Of a stretch of 33,889 nucleotides of DNA, positions 17,691 to 26,780 are shown in pieces. Position 1 is the stretch's first letter. The number at the start of each line of letters is the position of its first letter. The notes below the pieces were generated by a model. The model had not been told where the DNA came from, ran no database searches, and saw nothing but the letters and a program-made list of their open reading frames with translations. The DNA is from Solirubrobacteraceae bacterium. Lineage in GTDB: Bacteria > Actinomycetota > Thermoleophilia > Solirubrobacterales > Solirubrobacteraceae. The position numbers and the translations under genes were made by a program. Where the stretch lies: the NCBI GenBank assembly GCA_049284255.1, contig JBAPXO010000330.1:1-33889 (forward strand), given 5' to 3'.

Positions 17691-19616
17691 GTGACGCCGC
17701 GTGCCCAAGATCCTGCCCCAAATCCGTCTCCGGTGGCGGGGGGACAGCCTCCCGCCGTCGCGGCGCCGTCCGTAAACGCGCTGCCGTCGAGCCGCGGTCC
17801 GCTGCGCGACGCCCGCGGGACGACCGGTATAGAGCCAGGATCCGTCACCGTGCCCTGCTTGACACCTGACAGGTACGCGGACGTCGGAGGTCCTCCTCCA
17901 AGCCTTGGTAGCGACCGGCACGATCCTGGACAGGCTTCGCCCGTCTCGCTCCGCAAAGTGGCGCTGGCGCCGCCGCCTACTGATCTAGGTCCCAGCGAGG
18001 ACGATGTAGCAGCGGTAGAACCGCCTCCGCCCGGCGCCCGAACCGCTCCGGCCCTGTCACGAGCCAGCGCAAAGGTCGATACCGGCTCGCAATCGACCGA
18101 CGAAAACACATCGCTCGACGAACCGCGAGCGGCGGTCAATAGCGGACTGCGGTGGACCATGATGCGCGGCGTAGTCGTCGAGGGAACGAACCTGCTGGGA
18201 GTGGCCATACTCGCGCGTCTCGTCGCTCCAGCGGAGTTCGGGCGATACGCCATTGCGCTGATCGTCCTGCTCTTGGCCGCAGTGCCGACTTGGGCGGTTT
18301 CCTACACCATCGTGCAGCGCGACCAGATTGATCGCGACCATCTGAAAACGGGCCAGACGCTCACGATCGTCATGGGCCTGGCGATCTGTGCGTCCTGCTT
18401 TGCAGCGTCCTACACGGTCGTTCCCATCCTGTTCGGCGCGCGGACCGCGGTGCTGGTGCGTCTCATGACGCCTGCCTGCTTCATCAATTCAGTGAACACA
18501 GTGCAATATGGGATCCTCTCCCGCCGACTCGAGTTTCGCCGATTGAGCCTGCTCGACATGACGGTTGCGGTGGTCTCCACGGTGGTATCGATCCCGTTGG
18601 CAGTAATCGGCCTGAACGGAGCAGCGATCGTGCTAGGCGTGGACGCGGCAAGCGTTGCCGGCTTCATCCTCATCTGCTGCTGGGTCCTGCCCCCGATCCC
18701 GACGTTCCGCCTTCGCGCGGCGCGTGATTTTGCGCGGTCCGGGATTTCGGCCGCATCTAACGCCGGGAGCCTGGTGTGTTTTGAAAACTGCGATTACGTG
18801 ATCGTCGGCGCACGCGTCGGCGCCCTCCAAGCTGGCTACTATTTTCGCGCGTACACGCTTGGTGTCGTGTATCAGACGAAGGTGAGTCAGGTGATTACCA
18901 CGGTCGGACTCCCGGTCTTGTCACGCGTCAGGAGCGAAGACGAGGTCCACCGCCTTCAGCAACGAATCATTCAGACCATCACCATGATCCTCTTCCCTCT
19001 CCTGACAACGCTCGCGATCGTGGCGCCGAAGTTCGTCACGTGGTTCTACGGGCCTGCGTGGCGAGCATCGGTCGTTCCGGTACAGATCTTGACGATCGGC
19101 GGAGCTGTCATGCTTGTCGCGCAGGCGGTTACCGTCACAATGCTGGCGGCCGGCCGCGCTCGAGGCGTAATGCTGTGGGGTTGGGCGCATTTCGTCGCCT
19201 ACGGCGCAGCCGTTTTCGCCGTCGCCCGGCTAGGTCTACCTGCCGTCGCCATAGCCGCAGTGACAGTTCACACGACATTCCTCATCATCGCCTACCTTCA
19301 GCTGCATCGCGGCTGTGTCCGCCGAGCGTTCAAGGCGGTCACTAAAGACCTTCTTCCCGCCGCAGCCGGCTGCGTCTGCCTCACGGCAGTGGCGCTGCCG
19401 GTCAGTATGCTCGCGTCGACGCTGGACATTCCGATACTGCCTTATCTGCTCATCGTCGCTCTCGCCGGCGGCACGGGCTACTTCCTCAGTCTGCGCCTTT
19501 TGTTCCCCACCGAGCTTCGTGACCTCGGTCTTTTCGTCGGGCGCTTGCTACCCGCGCGTGCGCATCGCGTGTTTGGGCGGTTCATCGTGCAACTGCACAC
19601 CCAGTCAGCTGCTTAG
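17691..19616 (+). CDS. Wzx oligosaccharide flippase (WzxC/PST family); true start uncertain, may be up to ~450 nt downstream
   Basis: GLRWTM, ILARLVAPAEFG, IVQRDQI, LSRRLEFRRL, DYVIVGARVGALQAGYYFRAY, FYGPAWRASVVPVQIL; about 12-14 TM segments. Confidence 0.87.
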   Translation: MTPRAQDPAPNPSPVAGGQPPAVAAPSVNALPSSRGPLRDARGTTGIEPGSVTVPCLTPDRYADVGGPPPSLGSDRHDPGQASPVSLRKVALAPPPTDLGPSEDDVAAVEPPPPGARTAPALSRASAKVDTGSQSTDENTSLDEPRAAVNSGLRWTMMRGVVVEGTNLLGVAILARLVAPAEFGRYAIALIVLLLAAVPTWAVSYTIVQRDQIDRDHLKTGQTLTIVMGLAICASCFAASYTVVPILFGARTAVLVRLMTPACFINSVNTVQYGILSRRLEFRRLSLLDMTVAVVSTVVSIPLAVIGLNGAAIVLGVDAASVAGFILICCWVLPPIPTFRLRAARDFARSGISAASNAGSLVCFENCDYVIVGARVGALQAGYYFRAYTLGVVYQTKVSQVITTVGLPVLSRVRSEDEVHRLQQRIIQTITMILFPLLTTLAIVAPKFVTWFYGPAWRASVVPVQILTIGGAVMLVAQAVTVTMLAAGRARGVMLWGWAHFVAYGAAVFAVARLGLPAVAIAAVTVHTTFLIIAYLQLHRGCVRRAFKAVTKDLLPAAAGCVCLTAVALPVSMLASTLDIPILPYLLIVALAGGTGYFLSLRLLFPTELRDLGLFVGRLLPARAHRVFGRFIVQLHTQSAA

Positions 19617-20281
19617 CACCACATGGAGGGGCGGCCTTCCAGCCGGAGAGACAAGTCGTGGCGTTCGGCGCACGCATTTGGAGGGAGTTAGAAAGCAGTA
19701 CAGGTAAAGTGGGTCGTGCAGCGCGGCGAGGACCGAGGTCTCCGAGAAGAGGAGCGCGTGGTGTGAGACGCCGCCCTCGCGAACAGTGCGTGCTGTCGCG
19801 CGCCGCCCCAGATGGGACTCGCACTCGCCGCCGGCTGCCAACATCGCCTCCAGATCCCGGATCAACTGCCCCGGAATCATGACCACAGCGCCGCTTCTCG
19901 AGACACGTCTTCCGCACCGACATGTCCGGTGTAGCCTGAGCTTGTCGTCCATATGCGCGACCAAGCGAGGCCCGCATGTGACACCAGATCCGCTCAGTCC
20001 ACCACCACATCTGCGGTGACAGAGCGTCCAAAGCGCATCACCCTCAAAGTCAAGCTACTGAAGCTCGATCGTCGAATCCTGACGAGCCGGAGAGTCGTGG
20101 CACGATGGGACGCTTCCGCGGCCCTGTTACCGGCGCGGACGGTCACCCGCCACTGCTGCTTTTCCGGGCTAACAGCAGGCGCTGCGAGCGAGGGGCGCGC
20201 TGTGCTCGGCTCGGGATGTCAATAACGCGCAGATCGCCCGCGAGGCTGGTGGGTGTCGTTGCCCGGGATCGGGTGGTCGCG

Positions 20282-20423
20282 TTACTGCGCCCGCCAGCGG
20301 TGATACCTCGCCGTCGGCACCTCCAAATCCTTGAGCACGTTCGGCAACTCCAACCCCTCGCCGAGCGTCGGCCTCCCTCAGCTTGCGAACCACCTGCTTC
20401 GGCATGTGACGTCGACCTTTGAT
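20282..20423 (-). mobile_element. IS3-family OrfA remnant
   Basis: GRRHMPKQVVRKLREAD, then after a frameshift LGEGLELPNVLKDLEVPTARYHRWRAQ*; this is the typical IS3 OrfA HTH start. Confidence 0.7.
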
Positions 20424-20498
20424 CGATGCGCTCCTCTGACCGATCTGCAAGGTCATCGAAGCCCCCACACAGGTCGGACCGATCTCAGGGATCCCAGG

Positions 20499-21728
20499 TC
20501 ACTTTGCCTTCCTGTCCTGCTCGAGGGCGTCTCTGACGGCTGGCCCCAGCCGCGCCAGATCGCATTCGCGAAGCTCCTGGTGAACAGGAATCCCGACGAG
20601 GCGCGCTCGTAATGCACTTGCTTGAGGGAACCGATGAGCGGGAAGCGAGGGGTGGGGCGTATGCCAGAAGTCGATCGCACGAATCCGGTGATGCAACAGG
20701 CGGTTCATGAGACTTCGTTTGTCTTCCGCGTCAACCATAAAGGCCCACGGACAGGCGCCCGCGGGAAGCCGAGCGAACGGATTTGCGACCACGTCGCCAA
20801 GCTCCATCAACAGACGCTCGTAGTTCTGGCGTCTGCGTTCGGCTATGGTCGCGTCGACCAGACGCGGAAGCAGAAACCGGGTCGCTCGGGCCGGAGGGCA
20901 ATCGAGGTTTCCCACCGCATCGACACCCGTCGCTGGATCGACCCCGCGGCGGACGCGCTTGAGTGCGGGGCGCCATCGGTCGTCCAGCTCCGTCAGCAGC
21001 GCCGACCGTGCCATGAGCCATTCCGCGTGCCTGATGCCGACCATTCCCAGACGCAAGGCGCCGCGCCGAGCCAGCCCGTCAAGGCCGTCGCGACAAAGAA
21101 GCGCCGCCCCGTCCGGTAGGCCGAGCGTCTTGTAGAACGTGAAGATCGATAGATCGCCCAACGAGCCGATCGGTCGGCCGTCGATCGTCCCGAACCATCC
21201 CTGCGCTACGTCCTCGATCAGCAGTACGTCGTGGGCATCGCACCACCGGCGCCAGCGAAGCACATCCTGCGGGAAGCCAAGATAGTGGGTCACGTACAAC
21301 GCGGCAACACGCTCATCGAGCAGCTGAGCTAGCTCGTTTTCGTCCGGCTCGAGTGACGCCGAGCCCCCGTAGAAGCGGCACTCAACGCCAGCGCCCACCA
21401 GCGCCTCGATCTCGGTGCCGCAATGGTAGGCAGGGACCAGCACCACGGCCCCTGGCGGCAGCCCCAGCGCGCGTATCCCATGCGATATCGCGTGCCGGCC
21501 CCGCGAAAACAGCACGCATCCGGGTTGGTCCAAAGGGAACGGCAGATCCTGCGCCGGCCGCCGACTATAGACGGCCGGAGACAGCGGCGGCCAAACTGCC
21601 AAGCGGCCGACGCTGTCGTGGCCGCGTGCGCCGCCAGCGGACTCCCGTCGCGCCGCCCGCATGTCGCTACACATATCCCTAGCCCCCAGGTTTTCTGAGG
21701 CCGCGGTGGCGTGCAGGGGCTCTTGCAT
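20499..21728 (-). CDS. DegT/DnrJ/EryC1/StrS-family PLP aminotransferase
   Basis: FSRGRHAI, VLVPAYHC, VTHYLGFPQD, LLIEDVAQG, IGSLGDLSIFTFYKTLGLPDGAAL (catalytic K), RRRQNYERL, LVGIPVHQEL. Start is ATG 21728 (after GGAG) or 21773. Confidence 0.82.
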   Translation of the reverse strand: MQEPLHATAASENLGARDMCSDMRAARRESAGGARGHDSVGRLAVWPPLSPAVYSRRPAQDLPFPLDQPGCVLFSRGRHAISHGIRALGLPPGAVVLVPAYHCGTEIEALVGAGVECRFYGGSASLEPDENELAQLLDERVAALYVTHYLGFPQDVLRWRRWCDAHDVLLIEDVAQGWFGTIDGRPIGSLGDLSIFTFYKTLGLPDGAALLCRDGLDGLARRGALRLGMVGIRHAEWLMARSALLTELDDRWRPALKRVRRGVDPATGVDAVGNLDCPPARATRFLLPRLVDATIAERRRQNYERLLMELGDVVANPFARLPAGACPWAFMVDAEDKRSLMNRLLHHRIRAIDFWHTPHPSLPAHRFPQASALRARLVGIPVHQELRECDLARLGPAVRDALEQDRKAK

Positions 21729-21817
21729 GAGCACTCCGTTGTGCGGACCGCAACGATTACCCGGTGGGGACATCTCTCCCCCCTTGTTTGCTGCTGTCGT
21801 CACCGCGTTCCGCCGCA

Positions 21818-23077
21818 TTAGAAGCGCCGGCGGATCCAGCTGCGCCACAGGGGCCGTCGCAGCAGCTTTATGCGCGGGGCGACGCGGATGTACCACACGC
21901 GGTAGTAAGCGAGATTCAGAAAGTCCCCGTAGGCCAGCGTGAAGAGTGCACGCAGACGCGGGAGAAGGCCGTTGCGCCGCAGTGCGATCGAATGTAGGGG
22001 GTGCGTCTGGGCGTTCAGGTTCTCCTTGTAGCCGTATGAGCCGATCCCGGCCTCGATCGCCGTCGCCCGATCGCTGTTCGCCAACTCCATCATCTTCACC
22101 ACGCCAACTCGACCGAGAGCAAACTGATCCCACTGCTGGCCGAACAGCCGAGCGGACAGCCGCCAGTAGTAGGTGCCGCCCAGGGCAAAGCACCAGTAGT
22201 AGGCGACGACTCGATCGTCGGCCAGCAGGCGGACGAGCCGCACGCGTTCGCTCGCGGCCAGGCTTCGTACGAGATCCCATGAGTACTCGCGCGATCCCGG
22301 CCAATCGTCGAAGTGGCCGAGCTTGTTGATCGCCTTCCACTGTGCCTGATGCATCTCGATAAAGGCCGCGAACTCACGCTCGAGCGCGGGCCCTTCCCGT
22401 ACCACGTCAAGATCGAGCGTGAAGGAGTTGTTCAGCTTCTTGAGCTTGCGGCGGTAGTTTGAGCGCTGGTGACTGCTCAGCCTCTTGAGGTATCCCTCGA
22501 AGCCGTCGGACATGTCGAATACGGTGTGCGACCCAGTTTGCCGGTCGCGAACGATCTGCCCCGCGTCGAGCTTCGACGCCGCCGCCCGCACCGCGTCCAC
22601 GTGGGCAGTCGTGCCCGAGCAAGGCCCGACGTGCACCATATCGACGTGATCGTCCTCGAACAGCTGCTTGATCGTCATTCGAAACGCCTCGGGTGCCAGG
22701 TTGGGACGAACCAGCGGCTCCATGACTGCGAGCGTGGAGTCCGAACCAACCAGCTTCGCCACGCGTGCTCGGCCGAACGGCGTGGCCAGGCTGTCGATGA
22801 AGAAGGGCAAGACACCCACGAGCTCGTCGCGCGATCGAACAGCGACGACGCGAAGCTCCCGGCGGGCGCCGTAGTGCCGCCACCACACGTTGCACCAAGC
22901 GAAAGTCATGTACAAGGATCCGTTCAGCGCGGCGACGAGGGCATCCCATTCGGGCACGATCGCGTTGTCGAATGACGTGAAAGTCCGCACGCGCAGGTCG
23001 GTGCTCGGCTCGATGCCGTCCGGCTCGGCAAGAGATGGATGCTCGAGGGACTCGGTGGCTGGCGATATCACGTTCAC
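21818..23077 (-). CDS. GNAT-family acyltransferase, CelD/BcsL (Acetyltransf_6) type
   Basis: EWDALV, YMTFAWCNVWWRHYG, LVGVLPF, FEGYLKRLSSHQRSNYRRKLKKL, FIEMHQAQW, GIGSYGYK. Confidence 0.85.
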   Translation of the reverse strand: MNVISPATESLEHPSLAEPDGIEPSTDLRVRTFTSFDNAIVPEWDALVAALNGSLYMTFAWCNVWWRHYGARRELRVVAVRSRDELVGVLPFFIDSLATPFGRARVAKLVGSDSTLAVMEPLVRPNLAPEAFRMTIKQLFEDDHVDMVHVGPCSGTTAHVDAVRAAASKLDAGQIVRDRQTGSHTVFDMSDGFEGYLKRLSSHQRSNYRRKLKKLNNSFTLDLDVVREGPALEREFAAFIEMHQAQWKAINKLGHFDDWPGSREYSWDLVRSLAASERVRLVRLLADDRVVAYYWCFALGGTYYWRLSARLFGQQWDQFALGRVGVVKMMELANSDRATAIEAGIGSYGYKENLNAQTHPLHSIALRRNGLLPRLRALFTLAYGDFLNLAYYRVWYIRVAPRIKLLRRPLWRSWIRRRF

Positions 23078-23251
23078 GGCTCGATTCGTCGAAGAAATGG
23101 GCGGGACAAAACCCGAGGCGGGCGCCTATCGTGGCCCTGACTGCAGTCAGGCGCAGCGCGACTGGGCTCGCTTAATCAACGACCGGGCCGAGCGGAGCTT
23201 GCACCTCGCGGCCGCTCGGGCGCACAAGTACGGACGGCCTGGACGCGTTGA

Positions 23252-24418
23252 GTGGGAGTGCACCAGGACAACTTGACGACCCGCGAGCGCGAGACGACGT
23301 GCGCTCCGACGCAGCCTGCAGAGGACACGCAGCACGGGTCCCCGTCCGAGCGCATCGCGCGCCATCACATCGTCGAAATGAACGAACTCGACAGCGCGCA
23401 TATTGACCGCTGGCTCGAGCTCAGAGCGTCCAACCCGGCGCTCGACAGCCCATACTTCCATCCCGCCTTCACCGCGGCCGTGGCCTCCACGCGCCCAGGC
23501 GTGAGGGTCGTCGTCGGAGAGACCCCCGACGGGTCGGTGGCGTCGTTTCTTCCCGTGCAGTTCGACAAGCGCACGTGCCGCCCCGCCGGATGGCCCGGCG
23601 CCGACTTCCAGGGGCCGATCTGCGCGCCGCACGTCGATTTCGACATCACCGCCGCGCTGCGCAGAGGTAGGATCGGATCCTTCGAGTTCGACCACATGCT
23701 CGACGGACTGCCGGGCTTCGAGCCATGGGTGTTCGGCCGTGAGCCCTCGGCATACGTGGACGTGTCGGGCGGCCTGGACGGTTATATGTCTCGCGCAGGA
23801 AGCACTGGCAAGCGCAGGATCAAGGATGCCGCGCGGCTCGGCCGCAAGGCCGAGCGCGAGTACGGACCTCTTCGAAGCGTGGTAGAGAGCAGCGATGCCT
23901 CCGTGCTGGATGCGGTGATCTCGCTGAAGCGGCGCCAGTACGAGGCGACCGGCGCACGCGACTACTTCGCCGATCCGAGGCACGTAGAACTGCTGCATCG
24001 CGTCCTGGCCACGCGCACCGGCTCGGAGTTCGGCGGCCTGCTATCTGCCGTCTACGCTGGTGAGCATCTGATTGCGGCGCACTTCGGTCTACGCGCCGGG
24101 CCGGTCCTGCATTGGTGGTTCCCCGTCTACGACCCGGAGTTCTCGCGTCTTGATCCCGGGTGGATGCAAGTCCGCGCGGTGCTTGAGGCCGGTCCGCAAC
24201 TCGGACTCGAGCGTATCGATCTCGGGCGTGGAGAGGGGGAATGGAAGCGCTGGTTGGGCACCGGCTATCAGCTCGTGTGCCAGGGCGCGGTGATCCGCAA
24301 CCCGCTGCGCCACCGCACGGCGTCCGCCCGCCGCCGGTTCGCCCAGGCGGCTAGGTCCTCACCGGCGGCGCCCGCGCTACGGAGCGTCGTCCACTACGCA
24401 CGCCGCCACAACTGCTGA
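23252..24418 (+). CDS. GNAT-family acyltransferase, CelD/BcsL (Acetyltransf_6) type
   Basis: LDSPYFHPAF, ADFQGPI, KRRQYEATG, LIAAHFGLR, LHWWFPVYDPEFSRLDPG, IDLGRGEGEWK. Confidence 0.87.
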   Translation: MGVHQDNLTTRERETTCAPTQPAEDTQHGSPSERIARHHIVEMNELDSAHIDRWLELRASNPALDSPYFHPAFTAAVASTRPGVRVVVGETPDGSVASFLPVQFDKRTCRPAGWPGADFQGPICAPHVDFDITAALRRGRIGSFEFDHMLDGLPGFEPWVFGREPSAYVDVSGGLDGYMSRAGSTGKRRIKDAARLGRKAEREYGPLRSVVESSDASVLDAVISLKRRQYEATGARDYFADPRHVELLHRVLATRTGSEFGGLLSAVYAGEHLIAAHFGLRAGPVLHWWFPVYDPEFSRLDPGWMQVRAVLEAGPQLGLERIDLGRGEGEWKRWLGTGYQLVCQGAVIRNPLRHRTASARRRFAQAARSSPAAPALRSVVHYARRHNC

Positions 24419-24479
24419 GCACCTAGCATGGCGCCGGCTTCCTTCCGGGCCAGTTCTCGACCCTGCCGCGTGCCCGCGA

Positions 24480-25245
24480 CTCTATTGGCCAGGTGGTTCG
24501 TCGGCCGACGACTGCGTGCCGACGTCGCGGCCATCTGTGGCGGCGACCTGGCTGGCCGAGCCGAAGGCGAGTCCGACCCGGGCCAGGTACTCGGGGAGGG
24601 CCATCGGTGAAGGGCTTGGCTCCCGTGACGTTTCGTGAGACTGGAGCCCGAGTACAGGTTGTTGGTGTTGAGGGCCAGACACTCACCGCTGGCATTGCTG
24701 AGCGGCCAGACGTTGCGCCGCCGCCGATGGACTGTTCGCGATTTGGTGCTCAGTTCAGCGCGCTCATGATCGGCCCGGGTTGTGTGTGGTTGGCCACCGA
24801 GTCGATGTCGGAGCCAAAAGGTGATGCAGGCCGCCGACAATCTGGATGAGGTCCGTGAACGCCATGTCCCGGATCGCGATATCGCTGGCTCCGCCGTTGA
24901 TGCTGCCGCCAGCGATGCGCTGCGAGCCGCTGCCCGCGCTTCCGTCTAGTGTGACCCCGCTGTCGCCCCAGCCGAATTGAACGACACCCCTCACGTTGGC
25001 GTGCGTGCCGGCCATGATCGTGATCGCCTCGTTGGTGCGGGTGAGGTTTCATAAACCTAAGGCACACCCGTCAACCGCGATTCCGCCGGCTGCACCGACG
25101 CAAGACTCGCCGGCGTCTCGCGAAGACGGCCGCGCAGTCGACTCGATGCGACCGGTAGTCGTCATGGGGGGTTGCGTCCCGCACGCCTCGTCAGGCAGCG
25201 CCACGAGGCCGACCGCTGGCGCTTCGAATCTCGCCGCACCGAGAA
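24480..25245 (-). pseudogene. Degenerate paralogue of the beta-helix lipoprotein at 1706-3418
   Basis: Frameshifted pieces GLVALPDEACGT, AITIMAGTHANV..VTLDGSAGSGSQRIAGG..DIAIRDMAF, NTNNLYSG, NVTG, PSTWPG and ATDGRDVGTQSSADEPP match, in order, GLVAVIALAACGT, ITITSAPRARV..FTLDGTGGGGRMTVGG, NANNMWPG, NISG, PTTWAG and GSDRLDVGIRSSAGGPP. Confidence 0.72.
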
Positions 25246-25254
25246 CATCTCGGA

Positions 25255-26427
25255 TCAGACCCGTGCGGTTGGTCCGTAGTAGTCGTTCCGGCGCACGACA
25301 CTCGCCAGCGCGCGTAGCTGGACGATGGCCTTCCACACCAGGTACCACGGTGCGATGCAGAGCGCGAGCCACGTGCGTGGTGCGGCGCGCGCCTGGATCA
25401 GACCGGTGAGCAGCGCGAGGACGAGCAGACCGAACGCCGCCGCGAATACCGCGGCCACCGGCCATGCGCCAGCAAGCGCGGCCAGGCCAACCGCGACGAG
25501 CAGCGAGAGAGCGCCGGCAGCGAACGGCGGCGAAACGAGGAACCATGCCGCCTCAAGGCAGGCCGCATCCCGCTCTGCGATGGCTCGGCGGATCAGCCGT
25601 GGGACGAATGCTCGCGCGGCGGCCATGCGTCCCGCCTCGTAGCGGACCTTTTGGCCGCCGAAGGTGCCCCACGTGCTGGCGCCCAGCGAGCGCAGCCGCG
25701 CCAAATCGACGTGACCGCAGCGCGCGCCGTCGAGCAGGAGGTCAAGAGTGAAGAACAGATCCTCCGACGCGGGCGCGCAGAACCGGTGCGAGTAGACGAC
25801 CTCGCGCCGGATTGCCATCCCGGTGCCGCGCAGCCGGACGGACAGGCCGAGCCGGTCGCGTCCGCGCGGGATCGTGATTCCCTGAAGCGTGAACGCGGCG
25901 AGCGACGCCTCATTCGCCAGCGTCCTGCCGCGGCTGCTCTCGCTCCGCGCCTGGACGGCGCTGAGGCCGGACCCCAGCGCATGTTCGCACGCCGGGAAGA
26001 ACCCGGGCTCGATCACCGAGTCCGCATCGAGCATCAGCACCACGTCCCAGTCCAGCGCGCGCGCATATTCGAGACCCGCCTGCCGCGCCGCTGCGCGACC
26101 GGGGATCTCATCTGGGCCACGCTCGAGGACCCGCGCGCCGAACGAGCGGGCAATTTCCGCCGTGCGATCACTGCAGTGATCGGCTACCACCAAGACTTGA
26201 TCCTGCGTCCGGCGGTCAGACATGATCGAGGCCAGACCGCGGTGAATCACCTGTTCCTCATTGTGCGCCGGCACGAGGACTAGGAAGCGGACTTCGTTAC
26301 CTCCCGTTGGGCGGGGCTCTCGGTAGAACCACGAGGCGAGGGCGAGCAACCCAAGGTGGCACGCTCCGATCAGGCCTGGAAGGCCCGCGACGACCGCCGC
26401 CGCGACAACGAGAATCATGATGTTCAT
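25255..26427 (-). CDS. Membrane glycosyltransferase family 2 (CesA/PgaC-like architecture)
   Basis: N-terminal TM, VLVPAHNEE, VVADHCSDRT, MLDADS, LRGTGM, SEDL, QKVRY (QxxRW-like), C-terminal TMs. ATG 26427 is the preferred start. Confidence 0.88.
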   Translation of the reverse strand: MNIMILVVAAAVVAGLPGLIGACHLGLLALASWFYREPRPTGGNEVRFLVLVPAHNEEQVIHRGLASIMSDRRTQDQVLVVADHCSDRTAEIARSFGARVLERGPDEIPGRAAARQAGLEYARALDWDVVLMLDADSVIEPGFFPACEHALGSGLSAVQARSESSRGRTLANEASLAAFTLQGITIPRGRDRLGLSVRLRGTGMAIRREVVYSHRFCAPASEDLFFTLDLLLDGARCGHVDLARLRSLGASTWGTFGGQKVRYEAGRMAAARAFVPRLIRRAIAERDAACLEAAWFLVSPPFAAGALSLLVAVGLAALAGAWPVAAVFAAAFGLLVLALLTGLIQARAAPRTWLALCIAPWYLVWKAIVQLRALASVVRRNDYYGPTARV

Positions 26428-26780
26428 GTGCCTGACCTTTCGAGCTGGACCTGACCGACCAACGGCCGGCGGCACCACCGAATTGCGCGTGGCGGCGTCA
26501 GTCACGTACCCCCGGCTGTTGCCCCCCTGGGCCCAGCGATGGCTCGGGTGCCGGCGACATGGCTGAACAATGAGGTGCGAGATCGAACGAACCGGACTGG
26601 CGCGTCGCGGAGGCGATACGGGCATGCCCTCCCCGCCGCCGACGGCCGATACCTGGGGACCGCGTCGAAACCATATGGTTCAGCGATCCACGAGACTCCC
26701 CCCTTGCACGTATCTGGCCAAGAGCAGCGGCGCTGGGGCCTCGACGAACGGTCCGGGCTACGCGCGCCTCGCTTACGTGG

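Noticed and set aside
19617..20280. ORF 19605..19964 (-) faintly resembling a glycosyltransferase C-terminal helix
   Set aside because: Resemblance too weak, with no catalytic motif.
21774..22340. 613-aa version of the DegT ORF as a fusion protein
   Set aside because: The extension is an alternate frame of the GNAT gene 21818..23077.
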